A stretch of 32,000 nucleotides of DNA from Gemmata obscuriglobus (GTDB lineage: Bacteria > Planctomycetota > Planctomycetia > Gemmatales > Gemmataceae): NCBI RefSeq assembly GCF_008065095.1, contig NZ_CP042911.1:120001-152000 (forward strand). Reading direction: 5' to 3'. Below the pieces are notes generated by a model, which did not search any database, was not told the origin of the DNA, and saw nothing but the letters and a program-made list of their open reading frames with translations. Position 1 is the stretch's first letter; each line of letters starts with the position of its first letter. This document shows, piece by piece, positions 9,662 to 17,149 of this stretch. Position numbers and translations under genes: made by a program.

Positions 9662-11290
9662 ATGACGGACACCGACGCCGACGCCCTGCTCCGCGCGATC
9701 GTCTCCAACCCGGACGACGACACCGCCCGCCTCGTGTACGCCGACTGGCTCCAGGAGAACGGCCGCGCGGAGCAGGGCGAGTTCATCCGCACCCAGTGCC
9801 GGCTCGCGGCGGCCACGCCCGAGGACCCGGAGTACCCGGAGCTGCTGGAGCGCGACGAGGAGCTCCGGCTGTGGCTCACCGCCCACGCGCCCGAGTCGCG
9901 GCCGGACTTCGGCGGCGGGCTGGCCGCGGGCGGCGACGAGTCGCACTGGTGGGTGTCGCACCGCGGGTTCTCGCGGTTCCTCTCGTTCGACGGCGACCGG
10001 CACCCCGGGGTGCGGGCCGTGCGCCCGCTCGCCGCCGCCCTCGCGCGGGCCTTCGAGCGGGTCCCGACCCGGTGGCTGGTGCTCACGTTCGTCAGCCCCG
10101 AGCAGTTGCTCGCGCTGCTCAAGTACCCGGTGCTCGAGGGGCTGCGGCGGCTCACGATCCAGTTCCGCCCGGGGGCGGTGGAGGAGACGAACGACGCGGT
10201 GCGGGCGCTGGCCGCGTGCCCGCACCTGCGGAACCTGCGCGGGCTGTTCCTGGCGTCCCGGTTCGAGGACGCGGTGTGCGAGGCGCTGGCGGCCGCCCCG
10301 TGGGGCGGGCTGGAGACGTTCTCGGGGCCGTGCAACGACCTGTCGCCCGTCGGGTTCCGCGTGCTGGCCGCGGCACCGTGGTTCCGCCAGTTGCGCGTGC
10401 TGTCGGTCGGCGGGCAGTTCCCGGCCGACGTGTTCGAGGAGCTGTGCGGGCTCCCGCCGCTGCCGCGGCTGCACACCTTGACGCTCGCCGGCAGCACCGC
10501 CCCCCCGGCCGCGTGGGACGCGTTCGCGCGGTCCCGCACGTTCCCGGCGCTCGCCGACCTGAAGTGCGAGTACAACATGATGACCGAGGGGCGGTTCGAG
10601 GCGCTCGCCGGCGCGACCGGGTTCGCCCTGCGGGCCTTGAGCGTCACCGCGTGCGGGCTGAGCCCGGGGGCGGCCGCGGCCCTCGCGGCCGCCCCGTGGG
10701 CGTCGGCCCTCCGCGTCCTCAAGCTCACCTGGACCGCGCTGCCGCCGGGCGACCTCAAGGCCCTCGCCGTGTGCCGGCGGCTCACCGCCCTCCAGCAACT
10801 CGACCTGTCGCACAACAGCCGGTTCGGCCCGGCCGCGCTGGCGGGGCTCGCGGCCAACCCCGCCCTGGCCGGGTTGCGGTCGCTGCGGCTCGCCGGCTAC
10901 CGCGGCCCCGGCGCGCTGAACACGACCCACTTCGATCGGTTCCTCGCCAAGTTGAACTGGCCCGACCTGCGGCACCTGGACCTGTCCGGGCAGCCCGTCG
11001 GGCCGACGGCCGTGCGGCGGCTCGCCGACCCGAAGTTCGCGCCGCTCCGCCGGCTCGGGCTGCGCGAGTGCCGGCTCACCGACGCGGCCGTGGCCCGGCT
11101 GCTCGCGGCGCCCGCGCTCCAGGACCTGATCGAACTGGACCTCGACGACAACCGGCTGAAGACCGGCCCCGCGGCGCTCGGCGACCGGGCCACGCTCCCG
11201 AACCTCGCGTCCTGCTCGCTGAGCAGCAACAAGCTCCCGCCCGCGCTCGTGCGCAAGCTCCGGAAGCGGCCCGGCGTGATCGGGCTGTGA
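9662..11290 (+). CDS. TIGR02996-type N-terminal domain + RNI-like leucine-rich repeat protein (paralog 3)
   Basis: The ATG at 9662 within ORF 9587..11290 gives MTDTDADALLRAIVSNPDDDTARLVYADWLQENGRAEQGEFIRTQCRLAAATPEDPEYPELLE. It has C-terminal LRRs, and its tail LVRKLRKRPGVIGL resembles the paralog 2 tail LAKLRKRPGLWV. Confidence 0.85.
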   Translation: MTDTDADALLRAIVSNPDDDTARLVYADWLQENGRAEQGEFIRTQCRLAAATPEDPEYPELLERDEELRLWLTAHAPESRPDFGGGLAAGGDESHWWVSHRGFSRFLSFDGDRHPGVRAVRPLAAALARAFERVPTRWLVLTFVSPEQLLALLKYPVLEGLRRLTIQFRPGAVEETNDAVRALAACPHLRNLRGLFLASRFEDAVCEALAAAPWGGLETFSGPCNDLSPVGFRVLAAAPWFRQLRVLSVGGQFPADVFEELCGLPPLPRLHTLTLAGSTAPPAAWDAFARSRTFPALADLKCEYNMMTEGRFEALAGATGFALRALSVTACGLSPGAAAALAAAPWASALRVLKLTWTALPPGDLKALAVCRRLTALQQLDLSHNSRFGPAALAGLAANPALAGLRSLRLAGYRGPGALNTTHFDRFLAKLNWPDLRHLDLSGQPVGPTAVRRLADPKFAPLRRLGLRECRLTDAAVARLLAAPALQDLIELDLDDNRLKTGPAALGDRATLPNLASCSLSSNKLPPALVRKLRKRPGVIGL

Positions 11291-11316
11291 CCGCACCAAC
11301 CACCTTGGAGGCCCGC

Positions 11317-12948
11317 ATGCCGACCGCTCGCGCCGCGGCGCTCGTTCTGCTTTTCACGGCCCTCACGTCCAATCTCGGCGCCGCCCCGGTGCCGTCGGAA
11401 GCCGGCGTTCCGCCGCCGGCCCCGCTCGACCCGCGCGGGCTGCCCGGGCCGTTACTGATCGTCGGCGGCGGGAAGCTCCCCGCGGACGCGCGGCGGGCGT
11501 TCGTGGACGTTGCCGGCAAGGACCGGGCGAAGATCGTCGTGATTCCGACCGCCAGCGCCGACGCCGACGATCCGAAAAAGGCCGACTCGTTTCTGAAGCT
11601 GTGGGAGCAGCTGAAACCCGCATCGGTCGTGGCGCTGCACACCCGGGACGCGCAGAAGGCCAACGACCCCGCGTTCGTCAAGCCGCTCGCCGAGGCGACC
11701 GCGGTCTGGTTCAGCGGTGGCGATCAGAGCAAACTGACGGCGGCGTACCGGGGCACGCTGGTCGAGAAGGAGTTGCACCGGCTGCACGCGCGCGGCGGGA
11801 TCATCGGCGGCACCTCCGCCGGCGCCGCGGTCATGACCGACCTCATGATCGCCGGCGGTACCGACACCGCGAAACTCGGCGACGGGTTCGGGTTCCTCCC
11901 CGGGTTCGTGGTCGATCAGCACTTCGTGGCCCGGAAGCGCGAGAAGCGGCTCGAAGGGGTGATCGCGTCACACCCGACGCGCGTCGGGTTGGGCCTCGAC
12001 GAAGGCACGGCGGTCCTCGTCCGCGGGCGCGTGGCGCGGGTCATCGGCGATTCGACGGTCACGGTCTGTATCGCGAAGGGCGCGGGCCGGGCCGCCGCGA
12101 GCGACGAGTACAAGGCCGGCTCGCTGCTCGACCTCGTTCAACTCCAACGCGCGGCCCTCAACCGCGCCGCAAAGGAGCCGTTCCCGCCCGCGAAGCCGCC
12201 GACCCCGGACGTGAAGACGGGCGCGCTGGTGATCGTCGGCGGGGGCGGGGCGGGCGCGAACATCTGGAAAAAGTTCATCGACCTGGCCGGCGGCCCAGAC
12301 TCGACGCTCGTGGTCGTCACCACCGCGATGGAAGACCCGCTCGCGCCCGAATCGGTCGAAGAGGGGGCACTCAAGAGGAACGGGGCGAAGCACGTGGTCG
12401 CGCTGCACACCCGCGACCGCAAAGAGGCCGACGACCCGAAGTTTTCGGACGTGCTCACGAAGGCGAAAGGGGTGTGGTTCAGCGGCGGCCGCCAGTGGCG
12501 GTTCGTGGACGCCTACGAGGGCACGCTCACCGAGAAGCGGTTCCGTGAGGTGCTCGCGCGGGGCGGCGTCATCGGTGGCAGTTCGGCGGGCGCGAGCATC
12601 CAGAGCGAGTTCATGCCGCGCGGGCACCCGCTGGGCAACACGGTGATGGCCGCCGAGGGCTACGAGCGCGGGTTCGGGTTCCTGCCCGGGTGCGCGGTCG
12701 ATCAGCACTTCTTCGCGCGCAAGCGGACCGCCGACATGACCGGGCTGATGAAGCGGTACCCGCAGTACCTGGGCATCGGGATCGACGAGGGCACCGCGCT
12801 GGTCGTCCGCGGGAGCGTGGCCGAGGTGATCGGCCGGACGAAGGTGGCGTTCTACGACACGAAGAAGGCTACCGACGGTGACAAGGACTATGAAGAGGTG
12901 ACCGTGGGTGAAAAGTACGATCTGAAGGAGCGAAAGAAGATCAAGTGA
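11317..12948 (+). CDS. Secreted protein with two tandem peptidase S51 (cyanophycinase / peptidase E-like) domains
   Basis: The ATG at 11317 is in frame within ORF 9796..12948 and gives signal peptide MPTARAAALVLLFTALTSNLGAAP. There are two homologous halves. Half 1: LLIVGGGKLP...WFSGGDQSKL...GGIIGGTSAGAAVM...VVDQHFVARKREKRL...GLGLDEGTAVLV. Half 2: LVIVGGGGAG...WFSGGRQWRF...GGVIGGSSAGASIQ...AVDQHFFARKRTADM...GIGIDEGTALVV. The upstream part of the ORF overlaps paralog 3 in another frame and is Arg/Pro/Gly-rich. Confidence 0.8.
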   Translation: MPTARAAALVLLFTALTSNLGAAPVPSEAGVPPPAPLDPRGLPGPLLIVGGGKLPADARRAFVDVAGKDRAKIVVIPTASADADDPKKADSFLKLWEQLKPASVVALHTRDAQKANDPAFVKPLAEATAVWFSGGDQSKLTAAYRGTLVEKELHRLHARGGIIGGTSAGAAVMTDLMIAGGTDTAKLGDGFGFLPGFVVDQHFVARKREKRLEGVIASHPTRVGLGLDEGTAVLVRGRVARVIGDSTVTVCIAKGAGRAAASDEYKAGSLLDLVQLQRAALNRAAKEPFPPAKPPTPDVKTGALVIVGGGGAGANIWKKFIDLAGGPDSTLVVVTTAMEDPLAPESVEEGALKRNGAKHVVALHTRDRKEADDPKFSDVLTKAKGVWFSGGRQWRFVDAYEGTLTEKRFREVLARGGVIGGSSAGASIQSEFMPRGHPLGNTVMAAEGYERGFGFLPGCAVDQHFFARKRTADMTGLMKRYPQYLGIGIDEGTALVVRGSVAEVIGRTKVAFYDTKKATDGDKDYEEVTVGEKYDLKERKKIK

Positions 12949-12985
12949 AGGCGGGCGGGGGGCGTGAGCCCCGAGTCTTTTGAGC

Positions 12986-13079
12986 AGACAGATTTTGACA
13001 GGATCGACAGGATAAACAGGATTTCAAATCAATCTGTCTTCGATCCTGTTTATCCTGTCGATCCTGTCAAAATCTGTCT
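12986..13079. repeat. Perfect 37-bp-stem hairpin element built from 9-nt ACAGGAT direct repeats (copy 1)
   Basis: 12986-13022 AGACAGATTTTGACAGGATCGACAGGATAAACAGGAT is the exact reverse complement of 13043-13079 (checked base by base). The loop is 20 nt, TTCAAATCAATCTGTCTTCG. It lies between convergent stop codons at 12948 and 13278. Confidence 0.9.
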
Positions 13080-13132
13080 TTGTGAAGCTGTAACACGCAC
13101 GCGGCAACAAGGCCCCACGATCAGTAGGCAGG

Positions 13133-13210
13133 TTTTGACAGGATAAACAGGATTTCAAATCAATCTGTCTTCGATCCTGTTTATCCTGTTAATCCTGTCA
13201 AATTTGTCTT
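13133..13210. repeat. Second, imperfect copy of the ACAGGAT hairpin element (copy 2)
   Basis: It has the identical 20-nt loop (13154-13173). The inner stem is a perfect 16 bp (13138-13153 with 13174-13189). The right arm has one extra 9-nt unit (bulge 13190-13198), after which pairing resumes for 4 bp. The following tail resembles the tail after copy 1. Confidence 0.85.
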
Positions 13211-13277
13211 TAGCGCGCCGGGTGCCGCACGGGGCGAACAAGGCCCTACGATCATTCGCCGCCAATTTCGTGCGAGC

Positions 13278-14402
13278 TTACGGCTTCGGCGCGGGTGGGG
13301 TGGGTGCCGCCGGTAGCGTCGGCACGCCGCCGGCCTGGTTGATGATGTTGCTCACCCCTTCACGAAATTCGGCCGCGCTGGGAGGCCCCTTCAGGTACAC
13401 CTGTGGCTGGGCCGCGTCCTTCAGTTCCTTGAAGCACTTCGGGATTTCTCGCTCCAGCCGCTGGGTGAACATCTCCTTACGGAGGGCCTCTTTCATTTTT
13501 TCGTCCAGCTTCACATTCGCTTCGGGCGGCACCGGGGCAACGTACTTGATGCACATGAACCCGGAGGGCACCTTGAAGATGGCGCTGAGCTCGCCCGGTT
13601 GAAGCTTGTGCAGTTCCTTGTGAACGGCATCGTTTTCCGTTTCCGAGTGCTTGCCGATCGGCCGCACCTGACCGCCGGCCGCTGCCAGCGTCGGGTCTGC
13701 CTGCATCCGGGCGATGCGGTCGAAGTCGTTGTCGCTCTTACGGGCCTCGTCCCATTGTTTCTGAGCGGTGCGGAAGTCGTTCTCGTTCCAGGTGATGATC
13801 TTCGCCGCGCGGCGCTCGCCGAAGCGGTTCTCGAACGTCTTCTGAATGTCCTCGTCGGACACCTGGACGCGGCTCTGGCACATCTTGGTCAGCAGGAGCC
13901 GCGGACGGATCACGTCCTCGGTCCATTCGTACAGCGACTTGCCGTACTTCGGCAGGATGTGCTTGACGAAGTCGTCCTTGGAGATGCCGAGTCCACGCAC
14001 GTCCTCTTCGAGGGCGGCCTTCATCTCGACCGTCGTGAGGGTGATTTTGCGGCGCTCGGCCTCCAGTTCGATGATCCGCTTGTTGACGAGCAGTTCGAGC
14101 TTCTCGTGTCCGCCGCGGGCAATCAGGAAATCGCCCAACTCGCCGCGCGTGATCGGAATGTTGCCGTGGATGTACGCGACCACCCGACGGTCCGGCTCCG
14201 CCTGCGGGAGAGGGGCGACGCTTTTCGGCAGCGGCTGAGCCCCCGGGCCGGACGGCAGCGTCGGCGTGCCGGGCAGCCCGGCGGGTTGGGGTTGGGGCTG
14301 GGCCACGGCGCGGTCACTGGTGACCCCGAACGCGTACCCCGTGGCGGCAACGCCGGCGAACGCCAGCCCCCGCACCAACCGGCGACCACTGAGAAGCGCC
14401 AT
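13278..14402 (-). CDS. SurA-like / parvulin-type PPIase-domain periplasmic chaperone
   Basis: The ATG at 14402 gives MALLSGRRLVRGLAFAGVAATGYAFG (signal or anchor). The N-terminal part is SurA-N-like (ITRGELGDFLIARGGHEKLELLVNKRIIELEAERRKI). The C-terminal parvulin-like segment is DFDRIARMQADPTLAAAGGQVRPIGKHS...LQPGELSAIFKVPSGFMCIKYV. The canonical His region is not obvious, so catalytic competence is uncertain. Confidence 0.65.
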   Translation of the reverse strand: MALLSGRRLVRGLAFAGVAATGYAFGVTSDRAVAQPQPQPAGLPGTPTLPSGPGAQPLPKSVAPLPQAEPDRRVVAYIHGNIPITRGELGDFLIARGGHEKLELLVNKRIIELEAERRKITLTTVEMKAALEEDVRGLGISKDDFVKHILPKYGKSLYEWTEDVIRPRLLLTKMCQSRVQVSDEDIQKTFENRFGERRAAKIITWNENDFRTAQKQWDEARKSDNDFDRIARMQADPTLAAAGGQVRPIGKHSETENDAVHKELHKLQPGELSAIFKVPSGFMCIKYVAPVPPEANVKLDEKMKEALRKEMFTQRLEREIPKCFKELKDAAQPQVYLKGPPSAAEFREGVSNIINQAGGVPTLPAAPTPPAPKP

Positions 14403-14499
14403 ACCGTGTTCCCTCCGCGTTTTGGCGTGATTGCGGTCGGCCTTATAACGCCGCACCCGCCGGCCGCAAGAGAACTTGAGCGAAAATGTAAAAACGGCG

Positions 14500-16488
14500 C
14501 TACTCGCGCTTCAATTTGTCTTTGGCGCCAGCCGCCGCGAAAACCGCTGCGGTGCGCTCGAACGCTTTATCTTTCGCGCGCTCGCCGGCCAGGGTCAGGC
14601 GCACAGTCGGGGCGAGCAGTCCGAGGGCGTCCGGGACATCGAGCACCCGCATCACGTTCAGGAAATGTGGGCCGTCGCGGTGCGTAACGGGCGGGTCGAT
14701 CAGCACGACTTCCTGAACGGTGCCCGGAGCAAGTATGGCGGCGTAGACCGCAATGACCCCGGCGGGGCCGCGGCCCGCCACGCGCACCTGAAGCGGCTTG
14801 TCGGCGTCGGTCACTGACTTCTTCCAGTGAGACAGCACGGCCATCACGTCGAGGACGCGGCCCGTGTCCGCGGTGCGCCCCAGCAGCGCGAACGATCGCT
14901 CCACGGTGTTCGGCGGGTTCTTGCGGGTCCAGGCCGACCCGAACCCGCCGCGCGGGGCAACGGCGACGCGCAACGCACTATTCACGAACCGGTTGCCCCA
15001 TCCGCTCTCAACTTGGTCCGGCTCCTCTTCGGGGTTCAGCACGAGGAGGGTAAGTACCTTGTCGCCGTCCGTTTTGGCGCTGAGCGTGAAGCCGTAGAAC
15101 GGCGCGTAGTCCTCTGCGACGGAGATCTCCGACTTCCAAGCCCGCGTGGTACGGATCTCCGGCACCCGCTCCGGCAGCGCGCGGAACACCCGCTCGCGAA
15201 GCTGCTTCAGCAACCCGGCTTTCCAGTCCGTGAAGTTCTTCTCCGTCGGGAGTTCGACTTTCGCGACCGGAACGAACACCTCGTCGGCGGTCGCGTTGAT
15301 CGCGTCTTTCGGGAGGTCCTTGTCTTCCGGGAAGACGCGCAAGTCCTTTCCGTCGATCTTCGGGAAATCGGCGTCCGTGACGGGCGTGTTGTCACCCTTG
15401 AGGTGCTTGTGGAAGAAGCTGAAGGTGGCGATCCGCAGGTCCGGCCGGTAGTCGTGGCCGCCCTTCGAGACGTGTTCGTCCACCTTCTCCTGGGCATCGA
15501 ACAGGGAGTAGCACTTCCGCAACCGCTTGATGATGCGCTTGTTGCCGCTCATCGGGAAGATCGCGTCGCCGTCGCTGTTGGCGAAAAGTAGCGGCTTGGG
15601 GGCGAAAAGTGAGAGCGCGGTCGTCCATTCCCACTGGTAAAGGTTGTGGAAGAACATGCAGTCGCAGTGCCCGTTGATGACTTCGTCACCGACGTAACAC
15701 TCCAGATCGCTGACGCCCGAAACCGGGACCGCCACCTTTACGCGGTCGTCGGCCGCGGCAACCCAGTTGGTGGTCGCGCCGCCGCCGGAGATGCCCGTCA
15801 CGCCGATCTTCTCGGCGTCGACGTAGGGGAGCGAGCAAAGATAGTCGATCCCGCGGACGCCGTTCCAGCACTCGACGCCGGCGGGCGTGTAGCCCCGCGA
15901 GTGCCACCAGAACCGGTTCAGGTTGTAGGTGCCGTGGTGCTTGCCCGCGATCTCGCCGAGCTGGAGCGTGTCCACGACAAGGCACACGTACCCGTTGGAC
16001 GCGAACCACAGCCCGTGGTCCTGGAACGCGGTCTTGTTGCCGTCGCGCCCCCGGCCGGAGTGCCCGCACACGTACAGGATTGCCGGGAGTTTTGTGCCCC
16101 GTGCCACGTCTTTCGGGCGGTACAGGTTCGCGATAACGTACAGCCCCGGGCGGCTCTGGTAGTGCAACTTCTCGACGGTCACGGTGCCGCGGTCGAGCGT
16201 TCCGGTCACGGTCGCCTTCAGTGGGGTCTTCTCCGGCAGTGGGTCGAGTCCCAGCATGTCGAGGAACTCGCGCTTCAGGCGCGGCCGGGCCTTCTCCCAT
16301 TCGGCTCGCGTGGTCGCGCCGGAGAGGCCGATGACGGAGATCCGTTTCGCTTCCCCCGCGAGATACTTGCGAACCGCTTCGTCGCCCGAAGGGGCCTCGG
16401 CGCCGAAGGCGTGGGGCACACATGCGGCCCCCGAAACGGCCGAGAACGCGCCCAGTGCGGACGCCCGGAACAGGTCGCGGCGGTTCAT
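14500..16488 (-). CDS. Tat-signal alpha/beta hydrolase (acetyl xylan esterase / dienelactone hydrolase-like)
   Basis: 662-aa ORF. N-terminal MNRRDLFRASALGAFSAVSGAA resembles a twin-arginine signal. Nucleophile elbow GVTGISGGGATT (GxSxG) sits in a typical alpha/beta hydrolase context. The start is 10 nt downstream of the preceding gene's stop (16499). Confidence 0.8.
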   Translation of the reverse strand: MNRRDLFRASALGAFSAVSGAACVPHAFGAEAPSGDEAVRKYLAGEAKRISVIGLSGATTRAEWEKARPRLKREFLDMLGLDPLPEKTPLKATVTGTLDRGTVTVEKLHYQSRPGLYVIANLYRPKDVARGTKLPAILYVCGHSGRGRDGNKTAFQDHGLWFASNGYVCLVVDTLQLGEIAGKHHGTYNLNRFWWHSRGYTPAGVECWNGVRGIDYLCSLPYVDAEKIGVTGISGGGATTNWVAAADDRVKVAVPVSGVSDLECYVGDEVINGHCDCMFFHNLYQWEWTTALSLFAPKPLLFANSDGDAIFPMSGNKRIIKRLRKCYSLFDAQEKVDEHVSKGGHDYRPDLRIATFSFFHKHLKGDNTPVTDADFPKIDGKDLRVFPEDKDLPKDAINATADEVFVPVAKVELPTEKNFTDWKAGLLKQLRERVFRALPERVPEIRTTRAWKSEISVAEDYAPFYGFTLSAKTDGDKVLTLLVLNPEEEPDQVESGWGNRFVNSALRVAVAPRGGFGSAWTRKNPPNTVERSFALLGRTADTGRVLDVMAVLSHWKKSVTDADKPLQVRVAGRGPAGVIAVYAAILAPGTVQEVVLIDPPVTHRDGPHFLNVMRVLDVPDALGLLAPTVRLTLAGERAKDKAFERTAAVFAAAGAKDKLKRE

Positions 16489-16498
16489 CGGGTCGGCT

Positions 16499-16882
16499 CT
16501 ACTTTTTGGAGGTGAGGCGCTTCAACACGAGCACCTTGTCTTCGCGCTCGTCGTGGAGCACGAGTGTGGTCTTGTTCAGCAGACAAATGCGGCCCGAGTC
16601 GCCGCTCCGTTTGTTACGGTCCGGGCCGCCGAGCGTGAGAACGTCTTTCTCAACGCTGTACGTGTCCTCGGCGGTGGTGTCCTTGCCGTCGGCTCGCACC
16701 GTCATTTTCACCTTGCCGGCTCTGGTGAATTCGAGCCGGGTGCCGACGGGTACATCCTTGGCGTCGCTGAAGGCGAGTTCCCACGCACCAACGACGAGTT
16801 CTTTGTGGTCGTCGGCCGCCCGGGCGGTGCCGGGCGAACCGATCAGCCCGGCCGTGACGAGAGCCAGAACCGCTGCGCGCAT
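16499..16882 (-). CDS. Small secreted lipocalin-like protein (TIGR03066/TIGR03067-like planctomycetal paralog family)
   Basis: The ATG at 16882 gives signal peptide MRAAVLALVTAGLIGSPGTARA. The mature part, LVVGAWELAFSDAKDVPVGTRLEFTRAGKVKMTVRADGKDTTAEDTYSVEKDVLTL, fits the xLVGxWE...EFTxxGK...GTYxVxGDxLT pattern I recall for that family. The longer ORF extension (to 17011) is Arg-rich. Confidence 0.6.
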   Translation of the reverse strand: MRAAVLALVTAGLIGSPGTARAADDHKELVVGAWELAFSDAKDVPVGTRLEFTRAGKVKMTVRADGKDTTAEDTYSVEKDVLTLGGPDRNKRSGDSGRICLLNKTTLVLHDEREDKVLVLKRLTSKK

Positions 16883-17149
16883 CGGAACTCCTGTCGGGGA
16901 CAGCGGGTTCACGTTCTCACTCGCGGAGCGGCGTGTCAATAACTTAATCTCACGCGCGACGCCCGCTTCATGGCGGGCCGCGGCGCCGCTGGTCTGCCGG
17001 GGCCGCCTCACGTTCCACGTTCCAAATCCGAACGGGCTACGTTACGAGAGTACCGGTTCCGAGTTTCAGGTTCCCAACCAGCGGCGAGCGGGCCGCAGCC
17101 GTTGACCGGCGCCGCGAACCTGAGTCGGGAGCGGACCAAGGGGTAACCA

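Noticed and set aside
7273-10857. 1194-aa minus-strand ORF spanning all three LRR genes (and the 600-aa ORF 9497..11299)
   Set aside because: It is antisense to three well-supported plus-strand genes. The translation is dominated by Arg/Gly/Pro/Ala/Ser with no recognisable motif. In GC3-rich genes the antisense frames rarely contain stops, so such shadow ORFs are expected.
9796-11316. N-terminal 507 aa of the 1050-aa ORF 9796..12948
   Set aside because: This part overlaps LRR paralog 3 in a different frame and is Arg/Pro/Gly/Ala-rich. A signal peptide and the conserved S51 sequence begin only at the in-frame ATG 11317, immediately after the LRR stop.
12964-13146. 60-aa ORF with repetitive peptide DRIDRINRI...DPVYPVDPV, and the MSCSSC-starting ORFs at 24521 (+) and 24480 (-)
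   Set aside because: These are translations through the ACAGGAT hairpin repeats. The mirrored peptides arise from the palindrome itself. No start context or coding composition supports them.
12986-13210. Possible CRISPR array, given repeated approximately 9-nt and approximately 37-nt units
   Set aside because: The repeats are inverted (palindromic arms) rather than direct repeats separated by unique spacers. There are only two modules, the loops are identical, and no cas genes are in the window.
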